Of a stretch of DNA of 64,000 bases, positions 46,895-55,957 are shown piece after piece. Each line of letters begins with the position of its first letter. The first letter of the stretch is position 1. Source of the DNA: Gemmatimonas sp. (GTDB taxonomy: Bacteria; Gemmatimonadota; Gemmatimonadetes; Gemmatimonadales; Gemmatimonadaceae); the NCBI GenBank assembly GCA_965279375.1, contig OZ257156.1, positions 4,768,001-4,832,000 of the forward strand, in the 5' to 3' direction. The notes under the pieces were generated by a model. That model ran no database searches. It was given only the letters and a program-made list of their open reading frames with translations, and was not told where the DNA came from. The position numbers were made by a program, and so were the translations under genes.

Positions 46895-47272
46895 ATGCAC
46901 ACCCCCTCGTTGTCCGCCTCCGCCATGAACGCGCCCACGACTGCGCACCCTCACACGTATCCGCTCAAGCTGGTGACCATCATCGCCGAGCCCGTGCTGG
47001 AGACGCGGCTCACCTCCGAACTGCGCAAGCTGGGCGCGACCGGCTGGACGATCGTGGACGGGCGCGGTGAAGGCTCGCGCGGCATTCACGCGGCAGAGAT
47101 TCCCGGCGTGAACATCCGGATCGAGACGATCGTCTCGCCCGACGTCGCATCGCGCATCGTGTCGCACATGGCCACGCACTACTTCACCGACTACGAAGTC
47201 ATCGCGTACGTAAGCGACGTCGCGGTGGTACGCAGCGAGAAGTACGTGGTCGCGCCCAAGGAGTCCCGCTGA
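46895..47272 (+). CDS. sbtB: PII-like regulator SbtB
   Basis: KLVTIIAE, GATGWTI..GRGEGSRG, NIRIETIV; adjacent to sbtA. Confidence 0.87.
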   Translation: MHTPSLSASAMNAPTTAHPHTYPLKLVTIIAEPVLETRLTSELRKLGATGWTIVDGRGEGSRGIHAAEIPGVNIRIETIVSPDVASRIVSHMATHYFTDYEVIAYVSDVAVVRSEKYVVAPKESR

Positions 47273-47994
47273 TGTGCGCGCCCGTGACGCCGGCAGCGAC
47301 TCGCCGTGCGGCGCTTGGCCGCCTCGCGCGCATCGGTGCAGGCGCGCTCGCGGCCACGCTTGTGCCGAGCGCACACGAGTCGCACGCGCAGGGGTCACCG
47401 CGAACCGAGCCGATTCCTGAAACGCCGGCGGAGGCGCTCGATGCCTTGTATCGTGGAAATCGCCGATTCGCCGAGGGAAAGGTGACCACGCCCCACAGGA
47501 ACATGGCGCGCCTGAAGGAGGTGGCCGCTGGGCAGAAGCCGTTCGCTGCGTTCCTTGGCTGCGCGGACTCGCGCGTTCCCGTGGAGATCGTGTTCGACCA
47601 GGGCTTCGGCGACGTGTTCGTCACGCGCATCGCGGGAAACGTGGCCGATCCGGCGATCATCGGCAGCCTTGAGTTCGGCATCGAAGTGCTGGGTGCCAAG
47701 GTGCTGTATGTGCTGGGCCACTCTCGCTGCGGCGCCGTGGCGGCAACGCTCACCGGCGATGCGGTGCCTGGACAGATCTCCACGTTGTATCAGCACATTC
47801 GTCGCGCGGCGAAGGAGTCGCACGGCAATCTGTCGACGGCGATTCGCCGCAATGTGCAGATTCAGGCGGAGATCCTGAGTGAGGCGTCGCCGGTGATTGC
47901 GAAACGGCTCGCGTCGAAGCAACTCATCATCGCCGGCGGCGTGTACGATCTCGATAGCGGACTGGTGTCGCCCATCGCGTTGCCGAGCCGCTGA
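47272..47994 (+). CDS. Beta-class carbonic anhydrase with Tat signal
   Basis: TRRAALG twin-arginine signal; GNRRF, CADSR, HSRCGA zinc ligands. Confidence 0.92.
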   Translation: MCAPVTPAATRRAALGRLARIGAGALAATLVPSAHESHAQGSPRTEPIPETPAEALDALYRGNRRFAEGKVTTPHRNMARLKEVAAGQKPFAAFLGCADSRVPVEIVFDQGFGDVFVTRIAGNVADPAIIGSLEFGIEVLGAKVLYVLGHSRCGAVAATLTGDAVPGQISTLYQHIRRAAKESHGNLSTAIRRNVQIQAEILSEASPVIAKRLASKQLIIAGGVYDLDSGLVSPIALPSR

Positions 47995-48013
47995 CTCGCC
48001 AGAAAGGAATACC

Positions 48014-48928
48014 ATGGCTACACCGACACTCAACACGCTCAACTACCAGCACCTGCTGTACTTCTGGGTAATCGCGCGCGAGGGAAGCATCGCGCGTGCG
48101 ACGACGGTGCTCAACCTGACGCAGCCAACGATCAGCACGCAGCTCAAGACGCTCGAGCGGTCGCTGGGAGCCGCGCTTTTCGAGCGACGTGGCCGCGGCC
48201 TCGTGTTGACGGACATCGGCCAGCTCGTGTTTCGCTATGCCGACGAGATGTTTCGCACGGGTCGCGAACTCACGCAGGCGCTGGCGCGCGGTAGTGGTGC
48301 CATGCCGACGCGCCTGGTGGTCGGGATTTCGGACTCGCTCCCCAAGCTGACCACGTGGAGACTATTGCAGCCCGCATTGGCGATAACGCCGCGTTTCCGA
48401 CTGACCTGCCGCATCGACAAGACGGAGCGACTGGTGGCCGACCTTGCCTCGCACGCGCTGGACGTGGTGCTGGCGGATACGCCAGTGTCGCCGTCGTCAC
48501 CCGTGCGCACCTTCAACCATCTGCTCGGCGAGTGCGGCGTGACCATCTTCGGAGCTGAGTCGCTGGCGAAGCGCTATCGGCGTGGCTTTCCCGAATCGCT
48601 GGATGGCGCACCGTTCGTACTACAGACGGAGAACACGGCCTTGCGTCGCAGCTTTGATGCGTGGTGCATCGCACACGACGTGCGCCCCGAGATCACCTGC
48701 GAGGTGGAGGACGTCGCACTGCTGCAGGTGTTTGGACAGGAGGGGATGGGACTCTTCGCCGCTCCCACCGTGGTGGAGGCGCAGATTCGCCGGCAGTACA
48801 GTGTGAGGGTGGTTGGGCGACTGCCCGATGTCCGCGAGCGCTTCTACGCGATCAGCGTAGAGCGCCAACTCGTGCATCCGGGCGTCGTCGCACTATCAGA
48901 GGCCGCGCGGACGCGGCTGTTCACCTGA
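48014..48928 (+). CDS. nhaR: NhaR-like LysR transcriptional activator
   Basis: LNYQHLLYFW, TQPTISTQLK, VGISDSLPK, FNHLLGECG, ERFYAISVER. Confidence 0.87.
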   Translation: MATPTLNTLNYQHLLYFWVIAREGSIARATTVLNLTQPTISTQLKTLERSLGAALFERRGRGLVLTDIGQLVFRYADEMFRTGRELTQALARGSGAMPTRLVVGISDSLPKLTTWRLLQPALAITPRFRLTCRIDKTERLVADLASHALDVVLADTPVSPSSPVRTFNHLLGECGVTIFGAESLAKRYRRGFPESLDGAPFVLQTENTALRRSFDAWCIAHDVRPEITCEVEDVALLQVFGQEGMGLFAAPTVVEAQIRRQYSVRVVGRLPDVRERFYAISVERQLVHPGVVALSEAARTRLFT

Positions 48929-48944
48929 CGACGAAGCAGACCCG

Positions 48945-50585
48945 CTACTTCGCGACCGGGAGCGTGAACCAGAATTCGCTTCCTTCGTTCACGGTGCTCT
49001 CCACGCCAATCTCGCCACCGTGCGCTTCCACGATGCCCTTGGCGATGAACAACCCAAGCCCCGATCCCGCGCGCAGCAGACGCGGCGCCTGCCAATAGCG
49101 CTCGAAGAGGCGCGGAAGATCCTCCGTGGCAATCCCCGGCCCGGTGTCCTTCACTGAAATGCGAACGACGCCGTTCAGTGGTTCGACGGTCAGCCGGACT
49201 TCACCACCGTGCGGCGTGAAGCGCACCGCGTTGGCGAGGAGATTCGAGAAGACCTGCAGCACCCGCCCACGATCGGCGATGATTGGCGGTGTATCGGGCT
49301 TGATCACGCGCACGAAGCGGATCGCCGCGTCTTCCATCACGTGCTCGAACAGATCGGCAGATTCGCACGCGAGCTCCACCACGTCCACGCGCCGCTGCTC
49401 GACGCGCAAACGTCCGGCTGAAATGCGCGACACGTCCTGCAGATCCTGAATCAGGCCGTCGGCCTGACGTGCGGCAGCGCGAATCGATTCCACCTGCTCG
49501 CGCTCCATCAGCCCGCGCGACTCCCCGTCGTCGCGACTGAGTACGGCACCGGTCAGCATGACGATGGCATTGACTGGATTGCGCAAATCATGCGAGACGA
49601 TGGCGAGCATCTCCTCACGCTCACGCACCGCCTGTCGCGCCGCCTGATAGAGCCGCGCGTTCTCCAGCGCGAGTGCGGCCAGACCGGCGTACTGATCCGC
49701 CAACTGCACCTCTTCGACCGCATGCACGGCGCCAGCGCGCGTACGAACGAGATGCAGTACGCCGATGGCGCGTCCGCCCGCGCGCAACGGTACGAGCAAC
49801 ACGGCAGACGCGCCCAACGACTCGGCGCGCGCGCGCTCGCCCGCGTCGTGGAAGTTGGCCTGCATCCACGCACTGATGTCGGTGATGCGTTGCGCTTCGG
49901 ACTCGTGCGCCACGCGACTGCCGCTGGCCGGATGCGGATCGGAGTCGAGCGGCAACTCGGTGCGCGTCATGAATCCGGCGGTGATCTCCTGCCGGATCGG
50001 ATCCATGTGCGTCGCGGCCGCACGGCGAATACCACCATCGGGCGAGAGCAGTTCGAGCATGCTCCACTCGCCGAGCAAGGGCACGGGAAGCTCGGTGACC
50101 GTGGCCATCGTGGACTCGAGGTCGAGCGATGCCGCCAACACCCAGCCGGCCGTGGCGAGCAAGCGTTGGCGCTCTTCGCTCCGCCGCCGTTCGCTCACGT
50201 CACGCAACGTCACCATGAAGGTGCGCTCGCCATCGATCGTTACGCGTGCGATCGACGCCTCAGCGGGGAATTCCGCACCTGAACGTCGCAAACCCGCGAT
50301 CTCGGCGCGCGTCGCCATCGGTCGCGCATCGGAGGGGCCTTCTGCGAATGTTCGAACGTGTCCGCGATGAATCGCTCGCGCCCCCATCGGCAGCAGGCGA
50401 TCGAGCGCCTGTCCGAGCATTTCGGTTTCCGTCCATCCGAAAATCTGTTCGGCGCCGCGGTTAAACCGGACGATGCGGAAGTCGTTATCGAGCGCGATGA
50501 TGGCATCGGCGGCGATGTCGACGATCGCGGCGAGGGCCGCATGCGAATGCGGGATATCGCGAAATGAATGTCTTTGCTCAGTCAT
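48945..50585 (-). CDS. Cytoplasmic PAS-GAF histidine kinase
   Basis: PAS (FNRGAEQIFGW, RRSGAEFPAE), GAF, SHDLRNP, NLLANA, GSGLGL. Confidence 0.9.
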   Translation of the reverse strand: MTEQRHSFRDIPHSHAALAAIVDIAADAIIALDNDFRIVRFNRGAEQIFGWTETEMLGQALDRLLPMGARAIHRGHVRTFAEGPSDARPMATRAEIAGLRRSGAEFPAEASIARVTIDGERTFMVTLRDVSERRRSEERQRLLATAGWVLAASLDLESTMATVTELPVPLLGEWSMLELLSPDGGIRRAAATHMDPIRQEITAGFMTRTELPLDSDPHPASGSRVAHESEAQRITDISAWMQANFHDAGERARAESLGASAVLLVPLRAGGRAIGVLHLVRTRAGAVHAVEEVQLADQYAGLAALALENARLYQAARQAVREREEMLAIVSHDLRNPVNAIVMLTGAVLSRDDGESRGLMEREQVESIRAAARQADGLIQDLQDVSRISAGRLRVEQRRVDVVELACESADLFEHVMEDAAIRFVRVIKPDTPPIIADRGRVLQVFSNLLANAVRFTPHGGEVRLTVEPLNGVVRISVKDTGPGIATEDLPRLFERYWQAPRLLRAGSGLGLFIAKGIVEAHGGEIGVESTVNEGSEFWFTLPVAK

Positions 50586-50627
50586 GACATGGGGAGCATA
50601 GCACGTCAGGCGTGTAAGTTTCCAGCC

Positions 50628-52532
50628 ATGCGCTTGTCTTCGATTCCTCGACTGCCTTTGGCAGCGGCGGGCTTTCTCGCGACGGGCGCCGTGATTGCGC
50701 TCGTTCCCGACGCCGCCGAATGGCGCGACCGGATTTGGCTTACCGGACTCGTGCTCACTGGCGTGCCGGTGTCCTGGGCAACACTGCGCGGGATGCTCAA
50801 GGGCAATTTCGCCTCTGACGTCGTGGCGATGCTGGCCATCGCCGGCGCGATCGCACTGGGACAGCCGCTGGCCGGCCTGGTCGTGGTCTTGATGCAAACC
50901 GGCGGAGAAGCGCTCGAGGCGTACGCCGTTACCCGTGCCAGCAGCGCGGTCGCCGCGCTCGAAGCGGACGCGCCGCGAATTGCGCATCGCCTGACGGGCG
51001 GGCGCGTCGCGGACATTGCTGCGACCGATATCGCACTCAACGATGAGCTTCTCGTGCGCCCCGGCGAACTCGTCCCATGCGATGGCGTGGTGGTTGCCGG
51101 AACCTCGCATCTCGATACGTCCCGACTGACGGGCGAGGCGATGCCCGTACGCGCGGTCCCGGGATCGACGCTCATGTCGGGCAGTGTGAATCAGGAAGGC
51201 GCGCTCACGATGAAGGCGCTCCGCACGTCGCAGGAAAGTCAGTACGCCAAGATCGTCGATCTCGTGCGAAGCGCGCAGGCGTCCAAGAGCCCCTTGCAGC
51301 GCACGGCCGACAAGTGGGCGGTCTGGTTCACGCCGCTGACGCTCGCCGCGTGCGCCAGCGCGTGGTTCGTGTCACACGAGTGGACGCGCGTGCTCGCGGT
51401 GTTGGTGGTGGCGACGCCCTGTCCGCTCATTCTCGCGGCGCCGGTCGCGATCATCGGCGGCATCAATCGCGCGGCGCGGCGATCGATCATCGTGCGCAAC
51501 GGCGGCGCGCTGGAGGCGCTGGCGGGGGTCACCACCGCGGTGTTCGACAAGACGGGCACGCTGACAATCGGCCAGCCGAGCATGCGCACCATTGTGAGTG
51601 ACAACGGCGTGCCGGGCGATCATCTGCTTGCACTCGCCGCCGCGGTGGAGCAAGGCTCGGGGCACCTGCTTGCGCGCGTGATCGTGCACGCGGCGACACA
51701 GCGCAACGAGGTTGCGGTGATCGCCACTGAACTGGTGGAGACGCCGGGGAGCGGTGTCGTGGGCACCGTGGAGGGCGATGTGGTGGCGGTGGGGTCCGCC
51801 GACTACGTGCGTCGCACGATGCCCGCGCTGGCTGATCGCGTCTCGACGCTGGACCGCGGTGCGGAGGGACTCCGAGCATACGTCGGTACCAAGTCGGGCG
51901 CGGTCGCGCGCATCGAGTTTGCCGACGAGCTGCGCGCCGATCTCGGCGCGTTCTTCTCGTCGCTGACGGCGCTGGGCGTCACCGATGTACAGCTGCTCTC
52001 TGGCGACAAGCCCGAGAACGTGGCCAAGGTCGCCGCTGCCGTGGGCATCAAGGAGTTTGCCGGCGATCTCTCGCCCGAGGACAAGGTCAATCGCGTACGC
52101 GCGCTCGAAGCAAGCGGCCATCGTGTGCTGATGGTGGGCGACGGCACCAACGATGCGCCAGCGCTGAGCTCCGCGACGGTTGGCGTGGCGCTCGCGGGTC
52201 ACGGCGGCGGCGTGGTCACCGAAGCGGCCGATGTGGTGCTGTTGATCGACGATCCGTCGCGCGTGGCCGAGGCCATCGAAATCGGCCGTCGCTCGCTCCG
52301 CATCGCCAAGGAAAGCATCGGCGTGGGGCTGGGACTCAGCTTCGTCGGCATGGGCATCGCCGCGAGCGGTCATCTCACGCCGATCACCGGCGCGCTGGCG
52401 CAGGAAGCGATCGACGTGGCGGTCATTCTGAATGCCCTGCGCGCGAGCTTCGATGTCGCGCGCAGGGATGGTGCAGCTGCTGTGCCGCTGGCAGCGCCGG
52501 CGGCGGCGCTGACTACGACGCGAGCTTCGTAG
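50628..52532 (+). CDS. Heavy-metal P1B-type ATPase (P1B-5-like)
   Basis: LTGE, ATPCPL, DKTGTLT, SGHLLA, GDGTNDAPAL, QEAIDVAVILNA. Confidence 0.92.
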   Translation: MRLSSIPRLPLAAAGFLATGAVIALVPDAAEWRDRIWLTGLVLTGVPVSWATLRGMLKGNFASDVVAMLAIAGAIALGQPLAGLVVVLMQTGGEALEAYAVTRASSAVAALEADAPRIAHRLTGGRVADIAATDIALNDELLVRPGELVPCDGVVVAGTSHLDTSRLTGEAMPVRAVPGSTLMSGSVNQEGALTMKALRTSQESQYAKIVDLVRSAQASKSPLQRTADKWAVWFTPLTLAACASAWFVSHEWTRVLAVLVVATPCPLILAAPVAIIGGINRAARRSIIVRNGGALEALAGVTTAVFDKTGTLTIGQPSMRTIVSDNGVPGDHLLALAAAVEQGSGHLLARVIVHAATQRNEVAVIATELVETPGSGVVGTVEGDVVAVGSADYVRRTMPALADRVSTLDRGAEGLRAYVGTKSGAVARIEFADELRADLGAFFSSLTALGVTDVQLLSGDKPENVAKVAAAVGIKEFAGDLSPEDKVNRVRALEASGHRVLMVGDGTNDAPALSSATVGVALAGHGGGVVTEAADVVLLIDDPSRVAEAIEIGRRSLRIAKESIGVGLGLSFVGMGIAASGHLTPITGALAQEAIDVAVILNALRASFDVARRDGAAAVPLAAPAAALTTTRAS

Positions 52533-53736
52533 CCAGCCCTTCGGCGATCGCCACGCGATCACGACCGTTCTGCTTCGCGCGATAGAGCGCCTTGTCGGCA
52601 CGCGCGATCCACTCCTCGGCAGTCTCGTACGGGTCGAGCTGCGCGACGCCGACCGACGCGCCGATCTGGAACTCCATAGCCGGATGCGGCGACGGCATGA
52701 GGCCGATCTGCTCCTGAAGTCGGCGAGCGAGCGTCTGCGCCATCTTCCAGTCGGTGTTGTGCAGAATGGCCGAGAATTCGTCGCCGCCGTAGCGGCAGAG
52801 CACATCGGACTGCCGCAGGAACACCTTGGAGAGCGCGTGGCCGAGCGTCGCAATTGCGGCGTCACCCGCCTGATGCCCGTACATGTCGTTGACGAGCTTG
52901 AGCTTGTCGAGGTCGATCATGAGCAGCACGACCGGCTGACGGCCGAGCGAGAACATCTGCACGGCGCGCGGCGCCATCATGTCGAACAGCTTGCGGTTGC
53001 CGATGCCCGTGAGCGGATCGGTGGTGTTCTCCTTGCGCGCCTCCTCGAGCTGACGACCGAGGCGATCGAGCTTGGTGGCCAACGAGACGTATTGCTCCTG
53101 CTGCTGATCGCGACGGCTCTGCAGCGCCCCTTCGATCGCTGAGACCGCCCCGAGCACTTCCTGCTTGATCGAACCCGTCTGCATGCGCTTGAGTGCATTG
53201 CGCGCGCGTTCCATCTGCTCGGCGGCGGTGGAATCGGCCGACTGATCGATGTTGACGGCCTTGTGCACCGTCTCCACGCACGCCCAGAGCGCGTCACGAA
53301 GTTCGTTGATCGACGACTCGACGTAGCGATGTTCATCGCGCCGTTGTGCCGTAACCGTGCGAACGACGCCGTCCCAATCGCGCTCCGTCACGCCGACTGA
53401 GCCCTGTGTTACTTCCTCATCCAGCGCGTAGCCGAGTGTCGCGTGACGATGCCACGCGCCGAGCTCCCGCGAGCTTTCCTCGCCGGACTTGTCCGGCAGG
53501 TCGATCGGATAGCGTGCGAGCGCGGTGAGCACCCCGCCCAACGCATCCAGCACCAGCCCGAGCCCGACGTCATCGTTCCCGCTGGAACTGGTGATGATCG
53601 GGTTGTGCTTGGGCGACGGATGCGATGTAGTCGCACCGCCTTGGATCGAGACCAGCTGTGGAGAGCCTGAGGCGCCGACCGAGCTGCTTCGCTCGGGCGT
53701 AGGGCGCGGCTCGGACGTGAGCTTTCGAAAGAACAC
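52513..53736 (-). CDS. Diguanylate cyclase (coiled coil plus GGDEF)
   Basis: DPLTGIGNR, KLVNDMYGHQAGD, I-site RQSD, RYGGDEF, ADKALYRAK. Confidence 0.92.
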   Translation of the reverse strand: MFFRKLTSEPRPTPERSSSVGASGSPQLVSIQGGATTSHPSPKHNPIITSSSGNDDVGLGLVLDALGGVLTALARYPIDLPDKSGEESSRELGAWHRHATLGYALDEEVTQGSVGVTERDWDGVVRTVTAQRRDEHRYVESSINELRDALWACVETVHKAVNIDQSADSTAAEQMERARNALKRMQTGSIKQEVLGAVSAIEGALQSRRDQQQEQYVSLATKLDRLGRQLEEARKENTTDPLTGIGNRKLFDMMAPRAVQMFSLGRQPVVLLMIDLDKLKLVNDMYGHQAGDAAIATLGHALSKVFLRQSDVLCRYGGDEFSAILHNTDWKMAQTLARRLQEQIGLMPSPHPAMEFQIGASVGVAQLDPYETAEEWIARADKALYRAKQNGRDRVAIAEGLATKLAS

Positions 53737-53875
53737 GGGAGTGGGGGAAGAGGGTTGCCTTTATCTTCGGCACGCATTCCCCCGGAGTTGAGTGTTGTCA
53801 CAGATTCAGCGCGTTTCGGGTGTCACAATGTGTGATCACCCGGGCGGAATCTGGGTACGAACCGCTGACTCCCGG

Positions 53876-55666
53876 TCAGAACTCCTCGGCGCTGAGAGAC
53901 ATGATCGGCGCGGAACCGCTCTGGATCGCGGCCAGCAGCGATCCCGCTTCCGGGAGCAGCCGTGCGAAATAGAAACGGGCCGTCTTGATCTTGGCCTCGA
54001 GGAAACGCGCGTCGCCGGTGCCGGCGGCCAGCTTTTCGCGCGCAACCGTCACCATGCGCAGCCACTGCCACCCGACACCCACGTAGCCCATCAGGTGCAG
54101 ATACTCCGTCGCGGCGGCCCCCGCCTCGTCCGGGTTGGCGAAGCCCCGCTCGGCCAGGAGCATCGTGGCTTTCTGCAGCTGGTAGAGCGACGCGGCGAGC
54201 GGCTTGGTGAACTCCTCGAGCGCTTCAGTGCCGTTGGCCTGATCGATGTCGGCCTTCACGATCTCGAAGAACCGGCGGACGAGTCCCCCACCCTTCATCG
54301 GGAGCTTGCGACCGACCAGATCGAGCGCCTGCACCGCGTTGGTGCCCTCGTAGATCTGGGCGATGCGCGCATCGCGGACGTACTGCTCGATGCCGTACTC
54401 CCTGATGTAGCCGTGCCCGCCGAGCGTCTGCAGCGCGATGTTGGTGTTGTCGAACCCCTTGTCCGTCAGGAACGCCTTGATGACCGGCGTCATGAGGGCG
54501 ACGATGTCCTCCGCGGCCTCGCGCGTGGCTGCATCCGGGTGGTGATGCTCCACATCGATGCGGATGCCCACCCAGTACGCGAGCGAGCGCATCCCTTCGT
54601 TGAAGGCCTTGATGCGCAGCAACCCTTTGCGCACGTCGGGGTGCACGAGGATCGGGTCGGCCGGACCGGAGGGATTCTTGGGGCCCGTGAGCGAACGTCC
54701 CTGCAAGCGCTCCTTGGCATAGGCCAGCGCGTTCTGATACGCGACCTCAGCGAGTCCCAAACCCTGCAGACCGACGGCCAACCGCGCGCCGTTCATCATG
54801 ACGAACATCGCGCGCATGCCTTTGTGCTGCTCGCCCACCATCCAGCCGGTGGCGTTGTCGAAATCCAGCACGCAGGTGGCGGAGGCCTTGATGCCCATCT
54901 TGTGCTCGATGGACCCGCAGGTGACGCCGTTGCGCGGGCCGTTCGAGCCGTCCTCGTTGGGGAGGTACTTGGGCACGAGGAACATCGAAATGCCCTTGGA
55001 GCCGCTCGGCGCGTCAGGGAGCTTGGCCAGCACCAGATGGATGATGTTGTCCGTCAGGTCGTGGTCACCGGCCGAGATGAAAATCTTCTGGCCCGTGATT
55101 TTGTAGGAGCCGTCGCCTGTCGGGATCGCCTTGGTGTTGATGATGCCCAGGTCCGTGCCGGCGTGGGCTTCGGTGAGGCACATCGTGCCGCCCCACGTGC
55201 CGTCGACGAGCTTGGGGAGGAACTTGTCCTTCTGTTCCTCCGAGCCGTGGCTCATCAACGCGCTGCAGGCGCCGTGCGAGAGGCCCGGGTACATGCTGAA
55301 GCTCAGGTTGGAGGAGCAGAGCATCTCCTCCATGACGAAGCGCACCGCCTCGGGGAGTCCCTGTCCGCCGTACTTTTTGTCGGAGACGACGGCCGTCCAG
55401 CCGTCGTTGCGGTACTGCTCGTACGCCTCCTTGAAGCCCTTGGGCGTGCGCACGATGCCGTTCTCGTAGCTGACCCCTTCGGCGTCGCCGCTCTGGTTGA
55501 TCGGGAAGAGCACGTCCTGGCAGATCGTCGCCCCGCCTTCGAGGACGGCATCGATCATGTCCGGCGTGGCGTCTTCGTAGCCCGGGAGCGCTGCAAGCTG
55601 CGACACGTCGTGCACGTCGTGCAGCAGGAACCGGATGTCGTCGAGCGGAGCCTTGTAGACGGGCAT
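53876..55666 (-). CDS. Acyl-CoA dehydrogenase
   Basis: GTMCLTEAHAGTDLG, GQKIFIS, EHKMGIKAS, GGHGYIRE, IYEGTN. Confidence 0.95.
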   Translation of the reverse strand: MPVYKAPLDDIRFLLHDVHDVSQLAALPGYEDATPDMIDAVLEGGATICQDVLFPINQSGDAEGVSYENGIVRTPKGFKEAYEQYRNDGWTAVVSDKKYGGQGLPEAVRFVMEEMLCSSNLSFSMYPGLSHGACSALMSHGSEEQKDKFLPKLVDGTWGGTMCLTEAHAGTDLGIINTKAIPTGDGSYKITGQKIFISAGDHDLTDNIIHLVLAKLPDAPSGSKGISMFLVPKYLPNEDGSNGPRNGVTCGSIEHKMGIKASATCVLDFDNATGWMVGEQHKGMRAMFVMMNGARLAVGLQGLGLAEVAYQNALAYAKERLQGRSLTGPKNPSGPADPILVHPDVRKGLLRIKAFNEGMRSLAYWVGIRIDVEHHHPDAATREAAEDIVALMTPVIKAFLTDKGFDNTNIALQTLGGHGYIREYGIEQYVRDARIAQIYEGTNAVQALDLVGRKLPMKGGGLVRRFFEIVKADIDQANGTEALEEFTKPLAASLYQLQKATMLLAERGFANPDEAGAAATEYLHLMGYVGVGWQWLRMVTVAREKLAAGTGDARFLEAKIKTARFYFARLLPEAGSLLAAIQSGSAPIMSLSAEEF

Positions 55667-55761
55667 GGACAGCGTCCTCGGGAGCGGGCGGGAGGTGGCC
55701 GGGCAGCCGCACCGGTCACACGTCTAAATCTTGGGGTCGACGCGGCCCGTCGGCAAGACGT

Positions 55762-55783
55762 AACACGACGGTACCGTCATGTT
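55762..55783. promoter_or_regulatory. 22-bp near-perfect palindrome, candidate repressor operator
   Basis: AACACGACGGTACCGTCATGTT between the divergent ACAD and sppA genes. Confidence 0.6.
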
Positions 55784-55957
55784 TTGAGCCACATTTGACG
55801 AGCCGGGCCGTTGGACCGTCCCCGGAGGACGACGCCGTGCTAAACTCCAGCGACGTGCGTTGCGTATGGCGGCGACGCGGTCGGTTCGCAGTGCGGCACT
55901 CGCTTGCACGGCGGCGTCCGCGAGTGGGTTTCCCGGAGTGTTCCTCGGAGCGTGTCA

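Noticed and set aside
48945..51110. Long 5' extensions given by the ORF track (also aroC, pilM, pilW-like, 16230 kinase start, 20816 CNNM start)
   Set aside because: They overlap neighbouring genes or terminators; downstream starts fit the domain boundaries
53790..53840. TGTCACA repeats upstream of the GGDEF gene as a CRP or Pho box
   Set aside because: Spacing and orientation fit neither consensus
53792..55798. 668-aa plus-strand ORF (likewise 38734-41061 minus and 2970-4268 plus)
   Set aside because: Antisense to well-supported genes (ACAD, kinase, aroC)
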